Assembly: GCA_045644565.1 (NCBI GenBank)
Contig: JAZRHF010000147.1
Span: 1 to 59,127, forward strand
DNA length: 59,127 nt
Direction: 5' to 3'
DNA from: Clostridia bacterium
GTDB taxonomy: Bacteria > Bacillota > Clostridia > CAKSNL01 > HGM11501
The position numbers and the translations under genes were made by a program. The stretch's first letter is position 1. Each line of letters begins with the position of its first letter. This document shows positions 27,108 through 35,310 of this stretch, piece by piece. Below the pieces are notes generated by a model that saw nothing but the letters and a program-made list of their open reading frames with translations, made no database searches and was not told where the DNA came from.

Positions 27108-27359
27108 TTATTTATTTCCGAGATAATCTCCGAACACAACCTCCAAAAGCTCATCACGGTCGATTTTGCTCATAACAGTTCTTGCACCGTTATGACTTGT
27201 GATATAGCTGGGGTCTCCTGACATAATGTAACCCACAATCTGTCCGATGGGGTCATATCCCTTTTCTCTTAATGCCGCACAAACAAGACTTAAAGCGGCT
27301 CTTATCTCGTCCCCTCTGTCACGGGGAAGCTGAAACATGGTTGTATTATCTATATTCAT
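27108..27359 (-). CDS. ireB: IreB-family regulatory phosphoprotein (UPF0297)
   Basis: EKGYDPIGQIVGYIMSGDPSYITSHNGAR closely parallels B. subtilis YrzL. Start is MNIDNTT at 27359. Confidence 0.75.
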   Translation of the reverse strand: MNIDNTTMFQLPRDRGDEIRAALSLVCAALREKGYDPIGQIVGYIMSGDPSYITSHNGARTVMSKIDRDELLEVVFGDYLGNK

Positions 27360-27442
27360 AGGAAACACCTTCCTTTCATTAACAATATAATACTACCAAC
27401 TTCCGAAAAATTCAATAGCTGAAACCTTTTTTTAACAAACTC

Positions 27443-29149
27443 TTAACATTTCACTGCTTCGGCTTTTTCATTTTCTTCCTTTTCAAGAACAGTATATGCA
27501 ACCTTACCTACCAATGTTTTGGGAAGACTGTCACGGAATTCATATTCTCTGGGAAGAGCATATTTTGCAATATTCCTCTCGCAAAGCTCACGAATGGAAT
27601 CCTTAACTGCATCTGTAGCTTCATAACCGGGTTTAAGCACGATGAATGCTTTGATTCTATGCATACGATACTCGTCCTTAACGCCAATTACGGTGGAAAG
27701 CATTACCGCCTCGTGAGAATCAATAACTCCTTCAATCTGCGAAGGATATACGTTGTAGCCGCTGGTGATAATCATTCTTTTAAGTCTCTGCTTAAAGTAA
27801 ATAAATCCGTCTTCATCCATGTAACCAAGGTCTCCGGTATGGAGCCAGGTTCTTCCGTCATCGTGAATCTGCAAGGTTTTTGCAGTTTCTACGGGTTCGT
27901 TAAGATATCCTCTCATCAAAGTAGGACCGGAAATACAAATTTCACCCATTTCTCCTGTTTCGGCTTCATCAAAGGTATCCGGAACCACTATCTTATAATA
28001 TACATCGGGGAACGGCACGCCGATGGAGCCTTCCCTGTAATAGTTCTGAGGAGTAAGGCAGCTTGCGGTTACACATTCTGTAAGACCATAGCCTTCACGA
28101 ACCTGTATTGACCCGCCATGAGCCTTTAAGAAATTGTCAATTTTCTTTTTAAGAGGAACGGAAAGTGAATCTCCGCCTGAGAAAACACCCTTAAGACAGG
28201 AAAGGTCTGCATCCTGCATACCTTCGGAACGCATCATAGCTTCAAAAAGTGTAGGAACTCCCGCCATATAGTTGGGACGGTATTTCTTGATATGTCCCGC
28301 AAATTCCTTTACATCCACCTTGGGAATAAGAGCACAGGTACCACCTGAACAAAGCATTGTGTGAATACATACACCAAGACCAAATCCGTGGAATACAGGC
28401 ATTGCGGAAAGCATAATGTCACCGGGTTCAAAGCAACCTGCCGCAGCAGCCGTCTGAAGTGCAAGAGCGTTGAAGTTTGCATTTGTAAGCAAAATGCCCT
28501 TGCTTGTACCTGTTGTTCCGCCACTGTATAAAATGGCTGCCACATCTTCCGACTCCGGAAGTGAAGGCATTTCGCCTGTATAATTTTTACCGCCCGAAAC
28601 AAAGTCCTTATATGTTATAACATCAGCCGATGTATCAACTTTTCTTTCGTGACCGATGAACTTATAGGCAAAACTCTTTATCAGGGGAAGTGCTTCGCCG
28701 ATTTTCGTAACGATAACTTTTCTTAACTTCGTCTTTCCTTTAAGTGCTTCAAACTTTGCATAAAAGCTTGTAAGTGTAATCGCCATAACGCTTTCGGATA
28801 CATTGAGATAGAAAAGAATCTCGTTTTCGGCAGACAGGGGATGAACCATGTTTGCCACCGCACCGATTTTATTAATGGCATAAAGAATTGTTATTGCCTG
28901 GGGAGTATTGGGAAGGCAAATTGTAACCTTGTCCCCGGGCTTTACACCTTCTGCCAAAAGAGCTTTTGCCAAAAGATCTATGTCCTTTACAAAATCTTTA
29001 TAGTTTTTGGAATTTCCCATAAAGTCATAGGCCTTGTTTTCGGGAAACTTTTCCGATGCCTCTAAGACCATTTCATACATACACTTTTCGGGATATGTAA
29101 GATGATGAGGAGTATTTCCGTAAAATTTATACCATGCTTCAGAATTCAA
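27443..29149 (-). CDS. Acyl-CoA / acyl-AMP ligase (ANL superfamily, long-chain fatty-acid-CoA-ligase-like)
   Basis: AMP-binding motif LYSGGTTGTSKG, GYGLTE, and TGDLGYMDEDGFIYFKQRLK. TTG start at 29149 has GGAGGTG 7 nt upstream, inside the preceding gene. Confidence 0.85.
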   Translation of the reverse strand: MNSEAWYKFYGNTPHHLTYPEKCMYEMVLEASEKFPENKAYDFMGNSKNYKDFVKDIDLLAKALLAEGVKPGDKVTICLPNTPQAITILYAINKIGAVANMVHPLSAENEILFYLNVSESVMAITLTSFYAKFEALKGKTKLRKVIVTKIGEALPLIKSFAYKFIGHERKVDTSADVITYKDFVSGGKNYTGEMPSLPESEDVAAILYSGGTTGTSKGILLTNANFNALALQTAAAAGCFEPGDIMLSAMPVFHGFGLGVCIHTMLCSGGTCALIPKVDVKEFAGHIKKYRPNYMAGVPTLFEAMMRSEGMQDADLSCLKGVFSGGDSLSVPLKKKIDNFLKAHGGSIQVREGYGLTECVTASCLTPQNYYREGSIGVPFPDVYYKIVVPDTFDEAETGEMGEICISGPTLMRGYLNEPVETAKTLQIHDDGRTWLHTGDLGYMDEDGFIYFKQRLKRMIITSGYNVYPSQIEGVIDSHEAVMLSTVIGVKDEYRMHRIKAFIVLKPGYEATDAVKDSIRELCERNIAKYALPREYEFRDSLPKTLVGKVAYTVLEKEENEKAEAVKC

Positions 29150-30005
29150 AGTCTATCACCTCCGAAAGGGGTTTATCAAGTAATTCGGGATTTTTGAAAA
29201 GGTATTTTATAAGCTTTAAGGATCTTGCAAAATAAAATCCGTCTGCTATGCGCTCGTCCAATGTGACACCGATGGATACAACATCCCTGGGCTCAAATTC
29301 GCCCTTTTCATTTTCAAGGAGTTCCTTATGGATAACGCCTATTGTAATCATAATACTGTTGGTTCCGAAATTATTAAGGTGGTGATATACCGCATCACAC
29401 TTTATACTTCCAAGGTTTGAAAGCATTACACTGCAATAGTTGGGATCCACATCAGAAAAGCTTCTGGGCATAAGGCCATGGCTGTCCGCAAAATTCATAA
29501 AGCCCATAAAAAGGTGCATAACCCATTTGGGAAGCTTTTTAACAATATTCAATATATCATCGGGATTTTTTGTTTTCTTTCCGCTTCTTGTCTTATTTAC
29601 CCATGTGCTTATGGTATCTGTCACATCGGTAAGAGCATGATCGTCTTTGGGACGATAAATCATCAAAGTTTCCTCTGCATGGTCTGAAAACTGCTTTTTA
29701 ACAGTAAATCCCATGGTTATTTCACGTCTGTCATAAAAACGTTTGCCCGAAATATATCGGTTAAGTAAGGGGCGCATTTTAACAGTTCTTGCAACTGCCG
29801 CCACAATGCAATGGAAAAGAGTAACCTTTCTCTCTCCGCTTTCGTTTTTCTTCTGTATATACTTAAGAAGTTCTGTTACATCCAAAGTATCATTCATATA
29901 AACTTCGGCTTCGGTTCTTTTCGGCATAAGATATGCCATATAGAAATGAAGTCCGTCTATATCCCTCACACGGACAGCATCTCTTCTGTCTCCCCATTTT
30001 CTCAT
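29139..30005 (-). CDS. Stand-alone 2-oxoacid-dehydrogenase-E2 / CAT-like acyltransferase catalytic domain
   Basis: 288 aa with no lipoyl or PSBD domain. The C-terminal VTLDERIADGFYFARSLKLIKYLFKNPELL aligns with the E2 motif DHRxxDGxxxxxFLxxxKxxLExP. It overlaps the ligase gene by 11 nt. Confidence 0.6.
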   Translation of the reverse strand: MRKWGDRRDAVRVRDIDGLHFYMAYLMPKRTEAEVYMNDTLDVTELLKYIQKKNESGERKVTLFHCIVAAVARTVKMRPLLNRYISGKRFYDRREITMGFTVKKQFSDHAEETLMIYRPKDDHALTDVTDTISTWVNKTRSGKKTKNPDDILNIVKKLPKWVMHLFMGFMNFADSHGLMPRSFSDVDPNYCSVMLSNLGSIKCDAVYHHLNNFGTNSIMITIGVIHKELLENEKGEFEPRDVVSIGVTLDERIADGFYFARSLKLIKYLFKNPELLDKPLSEVIDFEF

Positions 30006-30034
30006 TTTAACCCTCCTAAGGAAAATTCCTTTTT

Positions 30035-30063
30035 ATTATAACTGTTTTTTTACTTTTTGTCAA
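30035..30063 (-). promoter_or_regulatory. Consensus sigma-A promoter of the acyltransferase-ligase operon
   Basis: On the minus strand: TTGACA (30063-30058), a 17-nt spacer, then TATAAT (30040-30035). Confidence 0.55.
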
Positions 30064-30077
30064 ATAAAACCGAATTA

Positions 30078-30106
30078 TTGACATGGAATAAATTTTTAAT
30101 TATAAT
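30078..30106 (+). promoter_or_regulatory. Consensus sigma-A promoter of the rlmI-like gene
   Basis: TTGACA (30078-30083), a 17-nt spacer, then TATAAT (30101-30106). It lies back-to-back with the minus-strand promoter. Confidence 0.55.
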
Positions 30107-30141
30107 ATAGCTATTCACGGTAAATTGAAAGGATGTTTTTT

Positions 30142-31359
30142 ATGGAAAGAAAATTCCCGAAGGTTACAATTTCCAAAAAAGGAGAACTTGCCTTAAAAGG
30201 CGGTCACCCCTGGGTTTACGAGGGTGAGGTTAAAAACCATTCAGGCACATTTGTAAACGGAGAATTGGTTGATGTTTTCTCCGAAAAGGACAGGTATCTG
30301 GGCACAGGCTTTTACAACGACAATTCAAAAATAAGAGTAAGAATAATCTCCCGTAATGCCAACGATAAATTTGATGAGGAATTTTACCGCCGAAGAATAA
30401 AGTGGGCATTAGATTACAGAAAAACCGTTATGGGGGATGATTTTTCCTGCTGTCGTCTCATTTTCGGGGAAGCGGATATGTTCCCCGGGCTTACCGTTGA
30501 CAGATTTTCCGATATATTGTCCGTTCAGGTTTTGTCCCTCGGCATAGAACGCATAAAGGATATGATTTTCTCCCTCATTTTAGAAACACTTACTGAAATG
30601 GGCGAAAAAATAAGCGCCATCTACGAGCGTAACGATGTTGCCATAAGGGAAAAGGAAGGGCTTACTCAGTACAAGGGCTTTTATGAAAAAGAAGGACTTA
30701 ATAAAGACCTTGACGGTCATGTTAAGATCGAAGAAAACGGCATTATTTATGATGTGGATTATATAAACGGACAGAAAACCGGTTTCTTTTTAGACCAGAA
30801 ATACAACCGCCTTGCAATCAGAAAAATTGCAAAGGGCAGAAAGGTTTTAGACTGCTTTACCCATACAGGCTCCTTTGCATTAAATGCTGCAATGGGAGGT
30901 GCTTCATATGTTAATGCCGTAGATATTTCAGAAGATGCCTTAACTACCGCAAAGAAAAATGCAGAACTTAACAATCTTAAATTAGACTTTACCAAGGCGG
31001 ATGTTTTCGACCTATTAACAGAAATGGATGCATCAAAAAAATGTGACTACGATTTCATTATCCTTGACCCGCCTGCCTTTACAAAAAGCAGTGCCACGGT
31101 AAAAAATGCATATAACGGCTATAAGGAGATAAACAAAAAAGCCATGAAGCTTCTTCCCAGAGGAGGATATTTTGCAACCTGCTCCTGCTCCCACTTTATG
31201 AAAAATGAGCTTTTCGTCTCAATGCTTAAAGAGGCTGCTTCGGAAGCTTCCGTTTCCCTTCGCCAGATAGAGTGCCGTCAGCAGAGTGCTGACCATCCCA
31301 TTTTATGGAACGTTCCGGAAACAGATTATTTGAAGTTTTATATTTTCCAGGTAGTATAA
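30142..31359 (+). CDS. Class I SAM-dependent rRNA methyltransferase (RlmI/RlmK-like, PUA + MTase)
   Basis: GGHPWVYEGEV PUA-type N-terminus, VLDCFTHTGSFAL SAM motif I, and ILDPPAF motif IV. Confidence 0.75.
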   Translation: MERKFPKVTISKKGELALKGGHPWVYEGEVKNHSGTFVNGELVDVFSEKDRYLGTGFYNDNSKIRVRIISRNANDKFDEEFYRRRIKWALDYRKTVMGDDFSCCRLIFGEADMFPGLTVDRFSDILSVQVLSLGIERIKDMIFSLILETLTEMGEKISAIYERNDVAIREKEGLTQYKGFYEKEGLNKDLDGHVKIEENGIIYDVDYINGQKTGFFLDQKYNRLAIRKIAKGRKVLDCFTHTGSFALNAAMGGASYVNAVDISEDALTTAKKNAELNNLKLDFTKADVFDLLTEMDASKKCDYDFIILDPPAFTKSSATVKNAYNGYKEINKKAMKLLPRGGYFATCSCSHFMKNELFVSMLKEAASEASVSLRQIECRQQSADHPILWNVPETDYLKFYIFQVV

Positions 31360-31366
31360 AAAATCG

Positions 31367-31410
31367 GGGCTTATGAAGCGAACCAAATCGTTTCATAAGC
31401 CCTCGTTTTT
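31367..31410. terminator. Intrinsic terminator (usable from both sides)
   Basis: gggcttatgaa ... ttcataagccc (11-bp stem, 14-nt loop) followed by TCGTTTTT. Confidence 0.6.
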
Positions 31411-31861
31411 ATTTAATTAAATTGTCCAAAAGTCGGCACAAAGCTTTTTTATAGCTTTCGTCTTCCTCAGGGGTTCTCTTTTTGGGACCTTTTATTCTTC
31501 CGCCGCTTCTCAGTGTCTTCTTTGCTTCATAGCGACTTGCAAGAAGCATGTCGATATTTTCGTTTGTATATAAAAGTCCGTCCTGCCTTATCACGAAAGA
31601 CCCTCGTGCAAGGCACATAGAAGCAAGTCCATAGTCCTGAGTAACCGTTACATCGCCCTTTTCAGCACAGTTTGCAATAACAAAATCCGCACTGTCCGCA
31701 CCCTTATCTACGGTTATGCACTGGGCATCGGTGCGATTAATTAGGTGGGATGTGTCAGAAAAAATTTTAACTAAAATCCCTCTTTTAACCGCTTCTTTCA
31801 CCGTTATATCGGTTACGGGACAACCGTCTGCATCAATTAAAATTTTCACAAGCCACCTCAA
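31409..31861 (-). CDS. YaiI/YqxD-family protein (DUF188)
   Basis: ILIDADGCPV N-terminal motif and 150 aa. It overlaps the upstream SLH gene by 4 nt. Confidence 0.75.
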   Translation of the reverse strand: MRWLVKILIDADGCPVTDITVKEAVKRGILVKIFSDTSHLINRTDAQCITVDKGADSADFVIANCAEKGDVTVTQDYGLASMCLARGSFVIRQDGLLYTNENIDMLLASRYEAKKTLRSGGRIKGPKKRTPEEDESYKKALCRLLDNLIK

Positions 31862-32772
31862 AAGAAGAATTCATAAAGTGTATCAAGGTCATCCATATAT
31901 TTATCTTCCATAAAGAAGTTAATTATCAAATCTTTTGCCGTTCTTCTTTGTTTTTCAAGAAGTGCTCTGAACTGCTTTTGAGTATTCAACGCTTCCGTTT
32001 TATAGTCATAGGTCGAATCTGCAAGATATTTTTCCATATTTCTCGCTATTGCTTCGAAAAAGTCCCTTATACCCTGATCTTCCGTTCTGAACATAAGGTC
32101 TTCTCTTATCCCCTTTATAATTCTTTCAAGTCTTCCTTCAAGCTCTGCCCTTGCAACAGTAGCAATATCAAAGGGCTCTATTTCCGGAAGCTCAGAAAGA
32201 ACAAACTGCGAAAGAATAAGACAAGCCTCTTCTCGTGTAATGTTCTCAGTCGCTCTGAAAAATCCGTTTTCGTCCGTCTTTATAAGAAAATTTGACATCA
32301 TTTTTTTAACGCTGTCTTCTGCCCAGGGAGAAACAGCATCATTTAATGTCACTTCTATAGGCAGCATGGTGAACATCATAATATTGTCCAGCATAACACA
32401 AACCTGTTCACGGGTAAGGGTTTCATCGGGGCCGAATAATCCGTCTCCGTATCCCTTTATGTAGCCTGCTTCAACCGCAATTGCCACATCGTTATAATAC
32501 CAGGCATCAGCATTCACATCGGAAAACTTTATTTCTGCCTTATTTTCATATCCGAACACGCGATTTATTATCTTAACCGCCTGTGCACGGGTAAGGGTAT
32601 CATCGGGGCCGAAAAAACCATTTCCGTATCCTGATATTATTCCTTTTTCACTCATCGCATAGATTGCCCTTCCGCCCTCTGTCTGAGTATCTACATCATA
32701 AAACATAACAGAAGCATAGGAGGTCATCGTAAGCAAACTTAAAACTATTATAAAACTTATTATCTTTTTCAT
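31858..32772 (-). CDS. SLH-domain cell-wall-anchored protein (3 SLH repeats + ~110-aa helical C-terminal domain)
   Basis: Signal peptide, then three repeats of the type F.DV....W....I......G...GYGDG.FGPD..LTR.Q. Confidence 0.75.
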   Translation of the reverse strand: MKKIISFIIVLSLLTMTSYASVMFYDVDTQTEGGRAIYAMSEKGIISGYGNGFFGPDDTLTRAQAVKIINRVFGYENKAEIKFSDVNADAWYYNDVAIAVEAGYIKGYGDGLFGPDETLTREQVCVMLDNIMMFTMLPIEVTLNDAVSPWAEDSVKKMMSNFLIKTDENGFFRATENITREEACLILSQFVLSELPEIEPFDIATVARAELEGRLERIIKGIREDLMFRTEDQGIRDFFEAIARNMEKYLADSTYDYKTEALNTQKQFRALLEKQRRTAKDLIINFFMEDKYMDDLDTLYEFFF

Positions 32773-32781
32773 ATAAACTCC

Positions 32782-33558
32782 TTAGCTTACCATATTCATA
32801 TAATATGCTTTTCTTGCAGCTTTTTCCTGCTCATAGGTTTGCTGAATAACACCTATTATGGCAGTATCGGCTCCGATTGCCTTGAGTTCTTCCTTCATGC
32901 TTTTCAAAAGAGAATTAACCTTTCCGTCACACTCATTCTGCAAAGAAGTCGCATATCCGACATATTTACTGATAAACGAAGCTTTTGAAAGATTCTTCTT
33001 TTCCTCTTTGCTCAAAGCCGAATAATCATTCTTCGCACGGGTTTCTATCTGAGAAAGCTGCCCCATATAATACGCTTTTAAGCTATAAAACTGTGCGGTA
33101 TAATTTCTGATTATTTCTCCCTCTTTCTTTTTGTCAGACTCTGCCTTCTGGGAAGAAGTTTTTTCTTCCTTTTCTGTTTCTTTTACGGGCTCTTTGGCAT
33201 CGGGAGTCACAGGCACAACATCTTCAACCGTTTCTGCTTCTTTTTCCGCCTCTTCATTTATTTTTTCTTCTGCAGCTTTTTCCGCTTCTTCCAGAAGCAT
33301 TTTGGTAGCCTCTTCCACACTCAACTCACCGCTGGCAATTTGCGCCTCTTCCTCTGCAGTAAGACCTCTTGTTACATAGTCTCCGTATTCCTTGACTTTT
33401 TCCTCAAGAGTAGCTCTGTTTTCTTCTAAAATTCGTTCAACATCTTCGGTATCATTAGTAAGAAACAGATATACAGCTTTCAAGTTGTTTCTCTGCCATA
33501 TGCACAAAGCAGAAAGTAATATAATTATTGCAAGAATTATACTGCAAGCCTTTTTCAT
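32782..33558 (-). CDS. Membrane-anchored coiled-coil / acidic hypothetical protein
   Basis: Start is MKKACSIILAIIILL at 33558 (AAAGGA 9 nt upstream), followed by one TM helix and a Glu/Lys-rich central region. No family recognised. Confidence 0.5.
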   Translation of the reverse strand: MKKACSIILAIIILLSALCIWQRNNLKAVYLFLTNDTEDVERILEENRATLEEKVKEYGDYVTRGLTAEEEAQIASGELSVEEATKMLLEEAEKAAEEKINEEAEKEAETVEDVVPVTPDAKEPVKETEKEEKTSSQKAESDKKKEGEIIRNYTAQFYSLKAYYMGQLSQIETRAKNDYSALSKEEKKNLSKASFISKYVGYATSLQNECDGKVNSLLKSMKEELKAIGADTAIIGVIQQTYEQEKAARKAYYMNMVS

Positions 33559-33650
33559 AGCAAAAATTCCTTTCAAAGTTTTCTACCATTAAATTATATC
33601 ACTTAAAAATTATTTAGTCAACCTTATCATTTTATTTTTATAAAAAGTCC

Positions 33651-33679
33651 TTTACAAAGTATGTTTTTTAAGATATAAT
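33651..33679 (+). promoter_or_regulatory. Sigma-A promoter of the wzz/BY-kinase pair
   Basis: TTTACA (33651-33656), a 17-nt spacer, then TATAAT (33674-33679). Confidence 0.5.
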
Positions 33680-33713
33680 AGTGATGATATTTTTTATTTT
33701 AGGAAGTGATTTT

Positions 33714-34475
33714 TTGGAATTGAACATAAAACAACTTTTTCTGGTCGTAATGAAAAAGTTACCGATTATAATGGTCGTATCCATCATATTAGGATTGGCA
33801 TCATATATCTACACTGAGTATTTCGTTACTCCGTTATACTCTTCTTCTGCTCTTCTTTCCTACCAATCCAATGAAAACAGAAAGAGTTTTAAGGCGGTAA
33901 ACTCCGGCGACTACACAGTTTCTGTCGAACTCGTTTCATCAATCCCCGAGCTTATAAAGAACGATGCTTGTATAGATATCGTTGCAAGAACCTCAGGACT
34001 TGATGCAATATACTCAAACGGCCAGATAAGAGGTATGATATCTCTTTCTTCTAAGGGTACCGAAAACTTCACTCTTACCGCTTCATGTCCCAACAGAGAA
34101 CATTCGCTCTTGCTGGTTAACGCTTTTGCAAAAGTAATTTCCAATGTTTCTCTTGTTGACGGTAATATTGTTGAAGCAGAATCAACAGATCCTGACAGAG
34201 GTTACATTACCAAAATCTTTAATGCAGGTACGGTTACTTTGATTTCAGAAGCAAAAAATCTTCCCTCTGCACCTTCTTCCCCCAATATGAAAAAGAATAT
34301 TTTACTCGGATTTCTTATAGGCTTTGTTTTCTCTTCTCTTTTCTTTATTGCCAAAGATTTTTTAAGCGCTAAGGTAATAACCGAAGAGGATATTGACAAA
34401 TTACTCCTTGAAATTCCTGCATTAGGCTCAGTCCCTATGATTACCACCAACGAGAAGGGAAGTGCAAAAAAGTGA
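33714..34475 (+). CDS. Wzz/CpsC-type chain-length-determinant (tyrosine-kinase modulator) membrane protein
   Basis: LNIKQLFLVVMKK...TM...PLYSSSALL... second TM near the C-terminus. Preferred TTG start at 33714 has AGGAAG 7 nt upstream. The ORF-track GTG is at 33681. Confidence 0.65.
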   Translation: MELNIKQLFLVVMKKLPIIMVVSIILGLASYIYTEYFVTPLYSSSALLSYQSNENRKSFKAVNSGDYTVSVELVSSIPELIKNDACIDIVARTSGLDAIYSNGQIRGMISLSSKGTENFTLTASCPNREHSLLLVNAFAKVISNVSLVDGNIVEAESTDPDRGYITKIFNAGTVTLISEAKNLPSAPSSPNMKKNILLGFLIGFVFSSLFFIAKDFLSAKVITEEDIDKLLLEIPALGSVPMITTNEKGSAKK

Positions 34476-35269
34476 TTAATTTATTCAAATTTTCAAAAAA
34501 GAATACACATCCTTGCAAGGCCCCTTTTATTCCCAAGAATAATTTCGTGGCAAATGAGTCTTATAAGTCAATCAGAACAAATATATTGCATTTGCTCAAA
34601 ACTTCAAACAATAATCAGATTCTTATCACAAGTCCCTATGCAGGTGCAGGCAAAACCACCACATCTGCCAACCTTGCTCATTCTTTTGCGCAGCTCGGCA
34701 AGAAAGTCATAATAGTAGATGCGGATATGCGTAAACCTTCTTTACATAAGGCTTTTTCAATTCACCATATCCCCGGGCTTTCGGAATATCTTGGAGAAAA
34801 GACATATTCATTGCGCATAGAAGCCACTGAATATGAAAATCTGTTCATTCTCCCTGCAGGCTTAGCCCCTGAAAATCCTGCCGAATTATTACACTCCGCA
34901 AGATTTTCCGATTTAATCAGCGAGCTTTCGACAAAGTACGATTATGTCTTTATCGACGCACCCCCTGTGGATGTTGTTACAGACGCCGTTATCATAAGCC
35001 AGTTCGTTGCAGGAACTATTTTAATTGTCCGTCAGAATTCCACAGAGAAGGATACCCTTATCCGTACAGTTAACGCACTTAAAAATGTAAATGCCAACAT
35101 TTTAGGATATGTATTAAATGCGGTAGATTATAATAAATTTTCATACCGCTACGGACACTACTCTTCAAAGTACGGCAACAGCTATTATAACAGTTACTAT
35201 AACAGCTATAATTTGCAAACAACCGAGGGAGCTTCAGACAGCGAAGAAAATACTCCTTCATTAACTTAA
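34472..35269 (+). CDS. CpsD/CapB-family bacterial tyrosine kinase (BY-kinase catalytic subunit)
   Basis: Walker A SPYAGAGKTTTSANLA, Walker A' VIIVDADMRKP, Walker B FIDAPP, and a C-terminal Tyr cluster YRYGHYSSKYGNSYYNSYYNSY. It overlaps the modulator gene by 4 nt. Confidence 0.8.
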   Translation: MINLFKFSKKNTHPCKAPFIPKNNFVANESYKSIRTNILHLLKTSNNNQILITSPYAGAGKTTTSANLAHSFAQLGKKVIIVDADMRKPSLHKAFSIHHIPGLSEYLGEKTYSLRIEATEYENLFILPAGLAPENPAELLHSARFSDLISELSTKYDYVFIDAPPVDVVTDAVIISQFVAGTILIVRQNSTEKDTLIRTVNALKNVNANILGYVLNAVDYNKFSYRYGHYSSKYGNSYYNSYYNSYNLQTTEGASDSEENTPSLT

Positions 35270-35272
35270 AAC

Positions 35273-35310
35273 AAAAAATAAGCCTTGGATTTTCCAAGGC
35301 TTATTTTTTT
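35273..35310. terminator. Bidirectional intrinsic terminator
   Basis: aaaaaat-aagccttgga-ttt-tccaaggctt-atttttt, fully palindromic including the A and T runs. Confidence 0.75.
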
